This document shows positions 36,063 to 51,054 of a stretch of 64,000 bases of DNA, piece after piece. Under the pieces are notes generated by a model. That model was not told the origin of the DNA. It saw only the letters and a program-made list of their open reading frames with translations, and did no database searches. This DNA is from Tubulanus polymorphus. Taxonomy: Eukaryota > Animalia > Nemertea. The stretch's first letter is position 1, and the number at the start of each line of letters is the position of its first letter. A program made the position numbers and the translations under genes. The stretch spans positions 10,032,275 through 10,096,274 of the forward strand of contig NC_134032.1 in NCBI RefSeq assembly GCF_964204645.1, written 5' to 3'.

Positions 36063-36374
36063 GCCTCGATCACACGAGTGTTTTGGATCCGGAACAATTG
36101 TACACTCGGTTGCCAAATGGGCCTGGGCCAAATTTGCCCCTACCAAAAACGTCGGAACCTGGCCCGAACCAAATGTTAGCACGGGACAATGATTGCGTGT
36201 GTATTGCAACTGGTTCCAGATGTGACTCACTTCACTTTGTTTGAGCATTGTTTAGTATCGCGTGAATGGTTTGCGCGTGAACGCGCGCTTTCCAACAAGG
36301 CACGGGCCAAATTTGGCTTGAGCCTGATCCGTTCCAATTTGGCCCGGGCCAAATCGTCTCCAAGTGATCGCGGC
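36063..36374. mobile_element. PIF/Harbinger-type MITE
   Basis: Ends GCCTCGATCACAC / GTGATCGCGGC with TTA on both sides. Partial copy from ~35933 and a full relative at 45779-46086. Confidence 0.75.
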
Positions 36375-37546
36375 TTAAATCAGCGCCCGTCGATTGCGAA
36401 TTAATGGCTTGTTGGTTCAAATCGACTGGGCCCAGTTACGCGCTAGCCACGGGTATCGGTGGGTTTAATTCCACGTCAGTTCCGGCTCGGGTTTGACTAT
36501 TTCACATGGCTCAGGATGACCTTTAAAAATGGCGGCTTTTTCAATCGGATTTACGTCGTGTCAAGAGGGTCCAGAGGGGTTAGGGTATAAAGGTCCCAGG
36601 GAGTTAGGATTCCAGCAGTTCGGCCCCGTGGCTCAGTTAGCAGAGAATTACGCTCGCACTCTCCGATATTTTTGAGGTCGAATCCCAATTTTCGTTGTTG
36701 TTCTTTGGAATTTTCTAAGTTTGATATAAAGGTCATCATGAGCCACGCGAAATAGTGAGACCCTTCCGGCTCAAGGAATCCACATAGGCGGCTGGAAATT
36801 GCGCGACATCGGTGAAGGTTTAACCAACCGTATATAGGTTAGTTATGTATGGTGATCGTATCGTCACCGTCAAGGCTTATCATTCGTTAATTGCACGTGA
36901 CATTCAACTAAACGTGGCAATGTATTCTTATTCCACGGCCTTTGTATAGAAACTTATTCTCCGCTTCCAGGATCAAGTTTTATCACGGATGGTCATTAGT
37001 TCGTTTTTAGCCGTGGTGGCCTTAAATGAATCTGCTTTAGGCTCTTGAACCCTGAATTCAGTCTCACATACTCGCCCTAATCGTCTGTTGCGTTTATACG
37101 AGAGATCTGCTATTGGTATCATAAAACGACCCTTTCAGATATTTCGGGAAAGATGGCTGCCTCATTTGATTTGTGGAGGCAGCCATATCTGTATATGAAG
37201 TCCAATACAAATCCCCTATGGCGTCAGAATTTCTAATTATCATTATTAATACCATTATTACTACTATCATTATCATTAATATTATCATTATTGTCATCCT
37301 CATCCTCCTGGTGACCAACCTCAATCAACAGGCTGATTATTCTGCTGGTACGCAGGTTGGCGCAGACTGACCGGAATAGGTTTGTAAGGCCGGTAGTAGC
37401 TAGAAAACTAAGAGATCGTTGTCACTAACGCATTCACTCAACATCAGTATTCGCATAAATATTATCATTTGCATGTTTGTGACTATTGTCATAATAATTA
37501 TCATTATATTGAACTATCAATTCGATTGCCGCACAATGCACCTTTG

Positions 37547-37580
<34 letters not shown>

Positions 37581-40500
37581 GTCTATTATATAAAAAAAAA
37601 TATAAATTTCTTTATGATACAACACGATTACATAATACTGTATCGCGGATACATGCAGATAATTCAGGTATATGAATATATTAAATACATAATATACCAA
37701 AGGCAATTGAAAGCCTTTCCACATGGATTTATGAAATACATACATGGCATATATCTATGTGGTCACACTGCACATAGTCAGATTACCCATTTAATAGTTG
37801 AAGACGGATAATAAAGGCTTTCCTAAGAAAAGTGGAAAGATTGTATAATTTACTAGTACTGGAAATTAGGTGGATGAATTTTTCTTTGTTCGGATTTGTC
37901 CAGTAAGTTCTCGATATATAAGTTAATCTTAAGCCAGAGTATGCAGGACATATTAAAGCGAAATGGTATTCGTCCTCAATTTCATTCGGATTACAACATC
38001 TGCAAATACGACTAATGCACTATGCACAACGTTCCAGTGCCTTATTTCAAGTACAGCCTGTTGACTTGCACTGAACCCTTGTAAACGTATTATGTAATTG
38101 ATTAAAAACATACGTTCGTGAATTAAAAACTATGTATTGTGGTTCACGAAAATGAATAGATGATGAAGTTACTCAAATTGCCGTATAGACTTTCCCTCGA
38201 CAGACCTATCGAAATTAGTGCGAGTACCAACATGGGGGCCGGGGGACTGTTACAGCGCTTTAACGGTATATATCGCGAGAAGTCAAATACCGATGGCCTT
38301 AAACAAACGAGTCTATAATGACATATTGATGAACAGACGGCACGTGACGTCACATCATCGTCCAATACATAGCAATCATAGATTTTTTCCTTCATTACGG
38401 AAACAGTAAATATCAAGGCAATTAGTCGGGGCCGTTCTGAGATTAGGTTCAGTCCAGGCGTAATAACGGATCAATTTGTGACTCTCTGTTTATCGATAAA
38501 GGGTTTATATACGTGTCCGTACTATCGGTTCGTCTGCTCCGCGAGTCCTGTTCCGTGTAAGCTTCCAAAACCGGTTTATAGCGCGATCTATATCCAGGCA
38601 CCGGACTTATCGTAAACTGCGTATTAGCTTTATATTCCAGGTTTTTCCGGTTTCATCAATTCCGGTGAAAGCAGAAAATTGTATCACTTTTAACTATGAG
38701 CTTCAAGGAAGCCAATTGAGTTAACGTAAGCCGGGCTAAACCAGCAGTTTTTTTTTTAATTCGACTAAGGTCCACAACCGCGGTTGAGCTTTGACCTATC
38801 GCGTCTTGAGCGTCAAACCATTGGAAATGAAGTAAAATTACTGTTCACAGTAAAACCTAATCTAGTAAACACCATTTTTGGTTTTAGTGCTAGGCATAAG
38901 CCGTATTAGCTCAAGTATTAATATGGGCCTCGCCGGAACATAGAATAACAGGGGTTCCGGCATCAGACAAGGCTTTATTAGTAAAAACCTTAGTTAGTTT
39001 TAATTGTATTCATGTTTTATCTATAGTAAATGGCAACAACTATTATATACATTCTATTTTTCTGATTGATAATTGACTTCACTTGACTCGCGTTGCTGGC
39101 TCCTGAACAGTTCATTTGGCGCTGGCACCCTCCCCCACGATACTATACTCCCTCTCTATAATGTACGGTTATATCAAATTTATAGGGAAATAACGTCTGA
39201 TAAATCGTTCGTTAATTTCATCACATGAATGGCGTCCATTATGGAGAAAACGGCGACCGGTCTTCGGGGGACGCGGCGATATATTGAGTTAAAACGCGTA
39301 GAGCACTGATGAAATGTCCGACCTATCAGGGGTTGGTCGCGGTGATGGTTGCTCTAGTGGGAGATCAGAATGTAAATATGTTTGTAATTATTCGTGCAAG
39401 ATCGATATAAAGTGAGGCATTTGTGGTAATGGGAGAGCGTTTGAAAGGTACGTATTCCCCGGGGGCTGGTTCGTATCTAGCTTAACCCTTTAGGGACCGG
39501 TTTTCACTGTAATCCAACTGGACGTCAGTTTTCGTATAGTTTACCTTTTTGGTCAATTCAAATACAATCAAACTCGTTTTAGGTCGTCGTAGTTGGGATC
39601 ACGATCATTATCTTGATGGCTTGTCTAAATGACGACTTGCCACTTTGGTTAATTGGATTGGAAATTGAAACTAAAAAAAAAAAAATAGTGACGACTTTCC
39701 GATGGCGACATACCAAGTTTGACGGTAAAAGTTCAACCTTGGACTCTGTTCCAGGTGGCTCCTCATTGCCTGAGACTGGGTCCAGTCGACAAGGCTTTCC
39801 GACTCAAAACAGTAATTCTCTGAACGCCCAGCCATGGTGACCCACTGGTACCGCAATCTCTAACACGAACCTGGTTTATGTTAGAGTACTATGCATTTCG
39901 AAACGGTAACGACTTAGAATACCAAAACTGAACTGAATTTATTTTCCTCACACACACACTCTATATACATCGGGAACAAGACACTCTGGTAGAAACATGG
40001 ATTGAATCTGATGTGAAAATAAAGTTGACGGGTAGAACCGCAGACATAGTTCTACAAACCGGGGCTCAACCGATGGGATACCGAACGATTATCTTAAAAA
40101 ATGAAACAATTATCACCGAACGCCCAACATTTTTCCTCCATCGACTCAACGTCGCATAGATAGCCTAGATAGATAGATGTACCCGGTATGCCGACAACGC
40201 GCGGTGTATAGGAAAAAATGATACGGATAACATTTCGATTATTTTCCGCACGTTCGTCGCCGGCGGTTGGCAAAAGATCAGTTTGTTATATTTACACGGT
40301 GCGCGTTTGTGCAACTGTGCTAGTGTGCATGGAGGTAAATAGCATGTAACTGACTTGTGTGTGTCCAGAGTCACATAATTAACCCGTGTCCGTCGCGTAT
40401 CGTTATTCGATAAAGCACTAGGCCACGCGCTGTGCGGGATAAATGCACGGATTCGCAGACGTAAACAGCCGCTTATTACTACCTTATTGAATTTGCTTGT

Positions 40501-43500
40501 TCTATAGTAGTCATTGATTACTGTTCGTTGTCTTACGTGCTCAGCGGACGAATTTAATGGGATACTAGCCCAGAACCCCTTCAGAATCCGAGTCCAACAA
40601 AAGCGAATTTCAAAAGATGAAAATGAATTCAAACGGACCCTATGAGGGCTGTTATGCCCCTTCGTCCCTAAGATTTCTGAGGCAGGTTCACCAGTACTCT
40701 TTGCGATGTATCGCGCTTGCAGACCCAGCATTTTCAAATCTCGTTTCAAATTGAGTGCTAATTCCAATTTTCTGGTACTAACACCCCTACCCCTTCGTGT
40801 ACACGTATCTCGAGAATCTGAATATCGATGCACCGATAGTAGCACCATTCCTCGGCGGAAACAAGACTGTTTGAAACATCACATCGCAATTACTACTCGA
40901 TTTGTTTATTCTCAAATAGTAAAATTGGTAGCCAAACTGAAGGCTTTCTCCAACTTTTCTCCCAGTCCTTTCTCTCTGTCTTTTCTCCCCTTCCTCCCAA
41001 TACCTCGTCCATATACTCCTCGCTCTTTTTCACTTCGCTGCAGGCCAACAACATATCCATTGACACTTAAAAATAGCAGTACGGATTTTACGAAGGTTCT
41101 CGTGCACTGACTCAGAGTTTATGAGTTTATGAGTTTACGAAGCGATTCTATATGATTGACGGCGAATGTCTCCGGTTACGACAGCCTCCTCGGCGTTGCC
41201 GGAACCGGCCGAAATGAACCGGAAAGTAACGATCCGGTTGACTAATTTTCAGTCAGACTTTCGTCTTACGATAATTCGATCAATCGACATTCGAGAGGCA
41301 TCTCTTATTATCCCGATATACCGCGGGCAATAGTGAATGACTCATTAACGAGTGTAAATTGATACCGACTCGAAGAGGGGGGTTATAGATACGAAGAGAG
41401 ACCTTTCAGGAGAAGATGAACCCAAAATTATCATTTCATGCCGGGGATATACGAGTTGAATACGTTTCCTTTTCTTGAGGAAATCCTTTTTCATTTATTT
41501 TTTTGTATATAAAGTAGTTTATTCAACATATGTTTGTACATAATAAGATGAATAACTTAGTTTTACATTACACAAAGAGCACGAAGCTCGAACCGTGCTC
41601 TTAATGAAAATAATTTGTACAGGCGGTATGTGATTTTAACAACACAGGATGAAATGAGTTATGATTAGAGTTAGCAGTTTTGGCAGGGTGCTGTGTTGGA
41701 TAAATTCGAACGTTGGAATCTAAATTATGAATTCTATATTGAAAAATAATTTAGATGTACTAGATCTAGTTTGTCTTAGCTCCTTTTTCATTGCTTTGAA
41801 AGAAAGCGGGGCTCGTATGCGCAGTAAGATGTTACACGAACTATGCTGGCGGGTACAAAAACTTCATGAACACAGTGTCGTCTGAATACCAGGCGATCTT
41901 ATAGTTTGTTCGGAAAGTGGCTGAAGTTGTCCTAGTTTCGCCTTAGTATGGACCTTCATAAATACTGACGACTGACGACTTTCACTTTTTTCACAATAGT
42001 ATACAGATTGGGAAAAGGAAACGAGTTCTTGATCTTAGAATAGGGATTGGCCCTGTTATCTATTTGGTTGGTAGATTGATTTGTTTTGATTTAGTGTCCC
42101 TTACAAACCACCACACCTGCCGGGAGCGAAACAGGCGGTTTGATTGTGAAATGACTTTTTAGCATAGCGGTGGTATGAGCGAGATTTACAAATTAATTGC
42201 ACTGCTGACACAGCCAAGAGTCTTCGGTGCGATGGCAGTACAGGCTTGGGCGATCGCCTGGGCATACGGACGGTGAAACAATGCTCTCTCGATATTGATT
42301 ACAGATAATCAATACACTTATATGTAAATTTGTACACCTTTTTTTCAAACAGAACAAACTAATCCGAATCACAAAAAATGTAGGCTAAATATCGGTCGTC
42401 AGCGTATCAACATAGACCGGTCGACAGAAAAAAAATCGATATTCTATTCTCCGATTACTCTCTATATCTCATTAATTAACGCTGCCTAATCGTATCATAA
42501 ACTTATTATGCGCTTCCGCCATCAAAGATATCGATCAGAGTCATCGATCGTTTTCGTTATCCCGGTCCGCGCATGCGCACGCGTGGCTATATTCCAGCGC
42601 CGTAGCATCCGAGTGGCCCCCTAATTAACTTAGGTACGTTTCTCTCTGTTTTGTTTGCCCAGCGAGGCGAGTCCCTAGTTATCATTCGCGCGAATGCTAC
42701 TTTGACGGATAATCGATAAATGTATACACGTCTCATTTGCATAATCAAGATGGATACTATGGCAGCGTGAGTGTCGATTTTCATCCGTTTAATCGGGCCT
42801 TTAATCGTTGGGCCTCCCTGCTTTAGCCGTGTAAGAGTCCCCAAACGAGTTTGCCACTCTCAACTTAACTGGTTAAGAGACTAGATCTTCTGTATTTCAC
42901 AAGATCTCTTGTTCATATTTTGACACCGACATTTCACCAGTCACAACTTTACCCGAATAAGAGACTAGGTCTACAGTATTAATAAACTCTTGCTGGGTAT
43001 ATTTGATCTGGACAGGATCTTACTAGTTTCAACTTAACTGTATGTTTAATTTCGAGTCTACTGTTGCACTTCACAAACTCTCCCTCGGTATTTGACACTC
43101 GGGGAATTCTGTCAGTCTTAACATTGCCGCACGTTACAGACAGATGTTCTTATCTCTCAAACTCATTCTGAGATGCTGTGTACGGTTCATTCAGTCTATT
43201 CCCCTTTTTACCTGACATTTGATTTTTCCTTTTTATTTCACGTGGATTGGCAGTTGTTTGATCCGACGCCGAAGCGCGTGCGCGCTTATCGATTTCCGGC
43301 GTCGATATCGATCCGCCTGTGGGGCGGAGGCGCATAACGCATATTTCTCTCAAGGTATCAATGCGCGTTGAATGAAGATGCACCGAATAGAACAGACTCG
43401 GTGAACGAATGCTGTTAGCAGAGATATAGAGACAGTGAGAGAGAGAGAGGGAAAAGGTTTTGGCGTTCGGTTGCTACGTGAACTCCCGGAGTCTTTCGTT

Positions 43501-45167
43501 GATCCCCGGTGACATATTCAGGTAAGTTGACTGCTTCAATTTCATTTCAACCTAGTTTTTTTAAATGACCCAACCAGGCCTTTAGTTTAACTGCAGATAC
43601 ACCAAAAAATTGAAATGGGCCTTTTAAAAGTCGATCGAATCTCTCGTTAGAGCTGTGGAGTTGTGGAAAAAATAGCTTAGACCAGTCTCAAGTTCTTTCA
43701 TTGTCGAAAGAAACAATAGTATCTTAAATTGATTTGGTTTAGAAATTGTTGCAAGCTATTCTACTATCGAGGAAAACATTTGACTTATTTTGTACAAACA
43801 AATACTTAATGAATACTACTTAATTTGTGAATTCCAGTGTTGGGTTACAAGGCAATTCTTTCTAAAACTGTAAAACAAGGGTTATCTTCACTCGTTGAGA
43901 ACGTTTAAGGGCAATAATTTGACTATTTGAGAACTGGGCGAAATCAATTGTTGTTATTTGTATTTTTTGTGGATGTGGCAAATAAATGCTCGATGGATAT
44001 TTGGTTGCTCTGAGTTTTACCATGCGATGCAGAAATGGCAGGAAAGATGCTTTTTATCAATAAAATCGGATCGATATTTCTTAATATGATTACACAAAGT
44101 ACTAGGCTATCCTTAATAAGCTAAGCTAAGCATCTGACTTGTTTAATGGATTATTCGTTATCCGGTTTAATCCCGGTGTAGAACGGTTTACGATCTTACT
44201 GGATTGCAGGCCTTAAGATAAGACGAGCACGATAATGGTCTCTTGAATTAAGAGTTTCCAACAATTTTCGTAGACAAAGAGTCCTTCTAGGAAGCTGCCA
44301 AATTTGTTTCTCACGGTTCTTTTCAATTCATTTAAAAGAAAATCCGAAATTAACTTCTTTTTGTGAAAGAAAATCGTTTTATGTTAGATATTGAAAAACA
44401 TTTTCAAACTAAACAAGGGTGAAGTTTGCACCCGATTTTTCTGTTCCACGAACACGCCCAGTTCCCCGCGGCGACCCTGGCAAGTGGAGCTCACTGTGCA
44501 ATCAATTTAAGATAAACATGCCCCCAGCGGTGGCGCTCTGATGCGTTTTGCAATTTGAATTAAACCGTTTTAAACGGTTTGCGGCTGCGATACCACGGCA
44601 ACCAACGCAGATCTGTGATTCGTATTTATATCTATTTCAACTAAAAATATCTAAGAAAGAAGTTATTTTAGAACGATACTTAGAAATTATATATAGCTTG
44701 ACATTTTATATAAAAGTTGAATCACTTGACATTCCGACCTAAGTCCTTTGGAAAAATTTTAGAGACCGTGATCTTATACATAAATTGTGGCCCCAGTTGC
44801 CAGTTTCATAGTTTCATAAGTAAGGACTATTTGACAGTCGGAGAGACTGACCTACCCGTTCGCAAGGAATGGTGTCCGGATGGAATAAAAGCCCAAAGGA
44901 CACGACGTATGAAAACACAAAAATATGGACTCAAAAACTTGTTTGATTTCGGTAACGTTCTTCCCTCGTAAACCACGTTTCTCCTTTCTCGTAAAAGGCA
45001 CATGCCACAATGACAAAGGGAAACGCCTCGAAACATGTCTCCTGTTTCAATGTTTCTCCGCGTCGTGTCGAGTGAGTTGGGCTATAGAGTAGACTGGTGT
45101 CCGCTCAGAGAGACTGGTGTCCGCGCAGATACTGATGCTGCACACCGCGCCCGGAGAGACAGTTTCC

Positions 45168-45458
45168 TACGGAAGCCCCTAGGTGACATACGAGATATTT
45201 CTTCACAATTTCGACTTATTACGTCGAATTTCGACTTATTAATATCTCGAAATTCGACATAATAAGTCGAATTTAAAGTTAATTATGTAGAAATTCGAGT
45301 TATTCTTATGTCGAATTTCGAGATAATAAGTCTACACGAAAATAACACAAAATTCGTAGACTTAATAAGTCGAATTTTCGAGTAAATAAGTCGAAATTCG
45401 ACATAATAAATCGAAATTGTGAAAAAATTATCTTGTATGTCACCTAGGGGCTTCCGTA
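45168..45458. mobile_element. Palindromic MITE with TA ends and internal ~21-bp subrepeats
   Basis: TACGGAAGCCCCTAGGTGACATAC ... GTATGTCACCTAGGGGCTTCCGTA, a perfect 24-bp inverted pair. Confidence 0.85.
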
Positions 45459-45778
45459 ATGTCCGATTACGTCGGGGATACATTAAACGGCATAATTATA
45501 CATGTACATTGGTTAATCCTTGGAGTTGTCATTCTGACTACAAGGTTAATGGAATATGTGAAGTCCCTGACTTGTTTCAATTGTGACGGATGAAATTTGA
45601 TTTATTTGTCGACCACGTCTTCAGTAAATCGATCGATACTAGTGACCATCATCCGCAAATTGTCGAGACCTTTATCAGCCCAATTAAGGTGCAGTTCACC
45701 GACTTGCAAAAAATTAGCACGAGAGCAAGTCGAAGAGCCAGTGGGGATGGAATGAAAGCCCTACTTCTATTTTCAGCA

Positions 45779-46086
45779 GCCGCGATCACACGAGCATTTT
45801 TGGCCGGGGCCAAATTTGGCCCGTGCCAAATTTTGCCCGGAACAACTGTTCACTCGGGTGCCAAATTTGGTCGCACCAAAAACGTCGGACCAGGCCCGAG
45901 TCAAATTTTAGCACCAGACAAATGATTGCGTTTGAATTGCAACTGGCACCGGAAATGATCCACTTCGCTTTGTTTGACCATTGTTTAGTATCGAGTGAAT
46001 GGTTCACGTGTGAACGGGCCAAATTTGACTAGAGCCTGATCGGTGCCAATTTGGCCCGGGCCAAATCGTCTCCGTGTGATCGCGGC
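45779..46086. mobile_element. MITE, same family as 36063-36374
   Basis: GCCGCGATCACAC...GTGTGATCGCGGC; internal GCCAAATTTGGC palindromes. Confidence 0.8.
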
Positions 46087-47410
46087 TAATATCGTCCATT
46101 CTCCGCACGTGTTCAGGACTTAACCTGAGAATTGAAAACGAACCACAAATATCGGACATTGGATATTTTCAGCGACACACTATCAAAATCCATTCGTTTA
46201 GACTTCACACGTTTTCAGCTTCGACTTAGACATTTTTCATTGAAAAAGTTAGTAGCTACAAACAACATCAGGGGCAGATTTAGAAAATTTGGAAGGTAGG
46301 GGACCAAACGAAATAACATGGCATTTTTCAGAGTAAGCTAGGTGTCAGGCTAATCATACCGCACGCAATATGATTTCTGAGCGGAAATGTCTTGTCAAAT
46401 TTGCAAGTTCTAAGATCTTTCTCTTGACGGAGAGGGCAACTTCATTGATAAGGCAGGGAGAATCCTGACCTCCGAGACCTCCCCCTAAATCCCCCCTCAG
46501 CAGAAATTTTATCAGAGTGATCGTCCACGCCCTAATTACATTGTGAATGTCTGATTAAGGGGCTGGTTCCAGGCTGCTCCTTACGGAGTTCGAAGGTAGT
46601 GTCAGTTGGCAGTGTGTGGTTCCCTGCGTATTTTGATCTCTCGCGTGGTACGTATAATGCCTACAGACAGGGGGAGGTCGATAAGAACGGCTCAGGTTAT
46701 TGCAGATCGATATAATCGATTTTAAATGATAAATATTTATCGATGAATCCTGTTCTCGTCTGCTGATGGATCAGACATACTGTGTGGAAGTTATGATGAA
46801 CACACGCGAAGCAGTGAGACTCAAAACCAACGATACAAGATTAATCACGGACTTTCTTCAAAGTCTGGCGATGTAGGCCTGGTTTACCCCTTCAGATAGA
46901 CCCCCCTACCTATTCCTGGAATGGGTCGCATCCACTGATTTCCATCGTTCTACGACCCTATAATTTACCCAACCCGTGGTAACATCGAACACAAGATGGT
47001 GACCCCCACCTTCTGGAGGCCCCAAAGACGCCTCACAATTTTAATGAATCGCGAGGTTATCGCGAATGAAGGAGATTAATCGTAATTTTACTGAATCGCT
47101 GTACTATCCTGAAAATAATAATTCACGACAAAATTATGATCAAAATTACTTCATCGTACGTATTTTGAAACCGTGAATCGGACGGCTGAGATCAGTAATA
47201 TTGTGATAGTTTACCGGGTCGTTCAGGGTCGTCTATTACCTTATAGGCTCAATACAAGCACTCCCACCATCACCACCACCCGCCAGTCACACGAAACCCC
47301 ATCAGGCCCTCTCTTATATAATCATATACATCTATTCATACGTGTAATCGCATTTCCGATATTGATTATCGATCGATTTTTGATCGTCGATCGATATCGA
47401 TCCGTTCAGA

Positions 47411-47555
<145 letters not shown>

Positions 47556-48538
47556 CACGCGCGGTTTTACCGGTGCGCGCGGATATAGTCTGTACGACAC
47601 CCGCTCGGCGCGGCTACAACTCTCTCCACCTCTCTTTCTCTCTTCGCAGTCAGATGCCCATTAAAACGAACCACCATTTTTTATTCGCTGGCGTTAAACA
47701 TTTGTCGTCTGAACAAAAACAAAATATAAAGCTTTTTATGTTTCTGTCTCGTCGTTGTGTGTGTGTGTGTGTGTACCGTGTAGCCTACATCCGGTTCCGG
47801 TTGTAGTTTGTATACGTAAAACCAACATATCGATGACATCATAATTATCGCACTCACGCAGACGACTCGACCCCTAACTTTAGGTTATGAATTCTTTTTC
47901 GTGTCGAAATTTTTCTAAGCGTAAAATTCTTTTTGGGCCTAATTCCTTTTAATAATCGTAAAATGATCTCAATAGAAAAAAAGGATTTCCTTCGATAAAA
48001 AAATTAAACCTTGTATATACACGTATTCCTTCGTGTTGAATCTTGGGCCAGATCCTCAAAGTGGATGAATGACCACGGCCTACGATGGTATCAATGAACT
48101 TTTGTCACTGTCAGTTATCCACTGAGTAACTGCTCATGGGTAAGATCCGAAAACTGGGTTTTGTTCCCTACCGATAGATTTCAGTTATTGATTTTTAAAA
48201 CAATTCGAACTACTTTATATGTGCTTCCTATTTCCACCAGGTTTATTTTGGTTTGGTCAGGGTCATGGTTTGGGCTGCTCCAGTAACTCAAAGCCCTATC
48301 ATATCAGAAATGCCGATCATCCGATATTCGGAAAACATCAAGACGAACCGCACGACACTTTGATTTAATAATTTCGTCATGCCGAAAAATTTCCAAAATA
48401 ACATCTTTTATCATCTCATTAGAATCTAGTTCGAATCTAACTTCGGTTCGCTTTTACTATTTTTAGAAATTCAACGACGCCATGATTTACCGCTGTTCTT
48501 GAGGTCACCACAAGCAGAACGGAAAAATTAAAACAAGA

Positions 48539-49726
48539 ATGGCGCCCGACGATGACGACGGCGATGAGCGCCCTCTAATGGACAAATTCAACGAAACCTA
48601 TGCCACGAAAAAGCGTTTGATACCTCAGTTGTTCAACTATTTCGCTATGCCTTGGTACATCTTCACCGTAACGGCTTCTACCTATATCGGTTTAACCGAA
48701 TGTCTACCGATAATCTATGCAGACTTCGAACCCTGGGTACTGACCGTCAACCAATGCGTGGCAGTATTATTCCTACTGGAAATGACCGTGAACTTCGTAT
48801 GCATTCGACAAGTCGAAGCGGACTATACCGCGGAGGTGTACGAAAAATGGAAACACTTACGCTTCGGCGGAACGATACACGAATCCGCGCAAGAGGATCT
48901 GACGTCATACCCTAAATCGATGTCGACAAACGGGTGTAGCCGTAAAACGGTTAACAACAACTTGCCAGGGCCGGTGTATCGGCTGCCATTGAACGGAAGC
49001 GCTGATGTTAAAACTACGGAGATGATCAGCAAAACGAAAGGTCCCACGCACACGGTAGCGGTCAGCGAGATCGACCCTAGCGGCCGCAAGATATTCAAAT
49101 TATACCCGTACTGGTCGTGGAAGACGTGTCTAATTTGTCAGATCGAGCGGCCGCCTCGGGTATTTCACTGCCCGCTCTGCAATAAATGCACCCTTAAACG
49201 CGACCACCATTGCTTCTTCACACGCTGTTGCGTCGGTCTGCGTAATCAACGCCATTTTATCGTTTTCGCCTTCTGGAGCGCTCTGACCACCGCCTACGTA
49301 TCCGTGCACGCGACTATTTACCTATTCGTCGAGTTGTTGCCCAAATACTCGTGCGTCGATCTATTTCTGCCGGCTACTGTCGTCCGTTGGTTGCTCGGTT
49401 TTACCAGTTTCCGGATATTGACGTTGTGTATGATTTTCTATTCGGTTTTGTGGTTTTGTCCGTTGAGCGCGTTCTTTTTCTACGAACAGATGGCGCTAGT
49501 GCGCCGCGGAACGACCAGTTTCGAAGAGGACAACCGAATCAAGGTACCCAACGCGCACTCGTTTCGGTCCAACCTGCGCGGTACGTTCGGTCGTAACTGG
49601 TTGTTGAATTTCATCGTTCCGTGCCATTTTATGTTCCCGTGCGAGGATAACGGAATCACCTGGGCGAGTATGAGTGCAACCTCTAGCGGTCAGAGTTCGA
49701 ACCACGCGAACGGTATGAAATCCTGA
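48539..49726 (+). CDS. DHHC-type palmitoyltransferase (ZDHHC22/24-like), single coding exon
   Basis: DHHC cysteine-rich domain CLICQIERPPRVFHCPLCNKCTLKRDHHCFFTRCCVGLRNQRHF, flanking TM segments, TTSFE (TTxE-like) and NLRGTFGRNW motifs. Confidence 0.93.
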   Translation: MAPDDDDGDERPLMDKFNETYATKKRLIPQLFNYFAMPWYIFTVTASTYIGLTECLPIIYADFEPWVLTVNQCVAVLFLLEMTVNFVCIRQVEADYTAEVYEKWKHLRFGGTIHESAQEDLTSYPKSMSTNGCSRKTVNNNLPGPVYRLPLNGSADVKTTEMISKTKGPTHTVAVSEIDPSGRKIFKLYPYWSWKTCLICQIERPPRVFHCPLCNKCTLKRDHHCFFTRCCVGLRNQRHFIVFAFWSALTTAYVSVHATIYLFVELLPKYSCVDLFLPATVVRWLLGFTSFRILTLCMIFYSVLWFCPLSAFFFYEQMALVRRGTTSFEEDNRIKVPNAHSFRSNLRGTFGRNWLLNFIVPCHFMFPCEDNGITWASMSATSSGQSSNHANGMKS

Positions 49727-50687
49727 CCGAATCAGGGTCAAGCTCACGAAATCTCACACGCGTGCTATCTTAAGGGCGTTACTAACACCATGACATGGGT
49801 ACATACCCCTATCACTCGAAGCCAGGATCCAGTTGCACAGTGTTGTGAGTTCGAGTCAAAATTAGTTCATTCTCAATGAGTTAACTCTGAGTCAAATTTT
49901 AATTCACAACTGTGGAACTGTTCCAGAAGGCTGAGATAAGATATATTCTATTCAAAGAGCTCAAAACCGTATAAATCCACAATAGAACCCATGGTCAAGA
50001 TGGTTGGTTCTCACTTTTTAAGGCGCTTCAAATAATTTCGAATTATAACCGTTATGAACTATGCAACATGTATTGACTATTCACCATCAGGAAGTCACCA
50101 TTTTTTCACCAGTCAACAAGGGATATTACATCAGCTATAGTCTCCTCACGTGACGCTTACTTTCTGTTTATTTGGACCAATCAGGTTAATCGCCCGAACG
50201 CGGTTTCGTTCCTTGACTGTCACAACGGAAGCCATGTTTTGTGCAGCATTTGGTCACTGTTTTTGTCACTAGGGGGCGTTGATGAGTTGCGGACATTATC
50301 GATTATAGTCCAAAGACAAGTCGTTTAAAGATAGGGATTTTTGTACGAATTAGTGTTTTTGAAATGATGTTTACTATATGTGTATACGTGAGATGTGTAT
50401 TAAGATATAAATATATATAGTTAAAGTTTACCGTACAGTTTTATAAGAGCAATAGTCTTTGTATGAACGGCTTATCTAACAAATAAAACTAAGCGATTTG
50501 TTAGTCTAGAAAAGCGTTTTATTTGATTAATGCAGGAAATGACTTTGTCGGTCGTTTCGCACGTCAAGTGATAGCTTACGTACAGCACGGGACCTTTTTG
50601 ATGTTAACGATATTAAAGTCACGGTTTCAGTATTACGAACCGAATCAATAAAATCCCACACTAATAACGAGGGAAAATAAAGTCTCC

Positions 50688-51054
50688 TTGGGTTAATAGT
50701 TTATTCAACGTTTTGACTTAATCCTAATAGTCGTCTTCAGGGGCCAGTTGCACAGTCGTGACTTAAGTCCAAAAGGGGTCTTAAATCTTAAGACTGGTCT
50801 TAAGTTGTTAGATCGGCTATAGAACTAAGTTGGTCTTAGACTGGTCTTAAGTCTAAGCCACGACTATGCAACCGGCCCCAGGAATAGTTCAGTATTCCTT
50901 CGGGAATTTACAGTTCAGTATTGTTTACAGTTTGGGATTTTAGTTTATTCACGTTTCGACTGTATCATAACAGTCATTTTCAGGAATATAGTTCAGAATT
51001 CCTTGAGATGACTATTAGGATAAAGTCAAAATGTTGAATAAGCTATTAACTCAA
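50688..51054. mobile_element. MITE with ~55-bp TIRs containing a nested Harbinger-type MITE (50741-50878, TSD CAG)
   Basis: Outer TTGGGTTAATAGTTTATTCAACGTTTTGAC... is inverted at ~51000-51054. Inner GGGCCAGTTGCACAGTCGTG / CACGACTATGCAACCGGCCC is flanked by CAG on both sides. Confidence 0.75.

Noticed and set aside
40165-41110. 227-aa and 134-aa overlapping ORFs
   Set aside because: No domain motifs or signal peptide; likely chance ORFs.
45190-45420. Short repeats that might resemble a CRISPR array (also 3233-3408)
   Set aside because: Eukaryotic context, no unique spacers, no cas genes. They are internal subrepeats of mobile elements.
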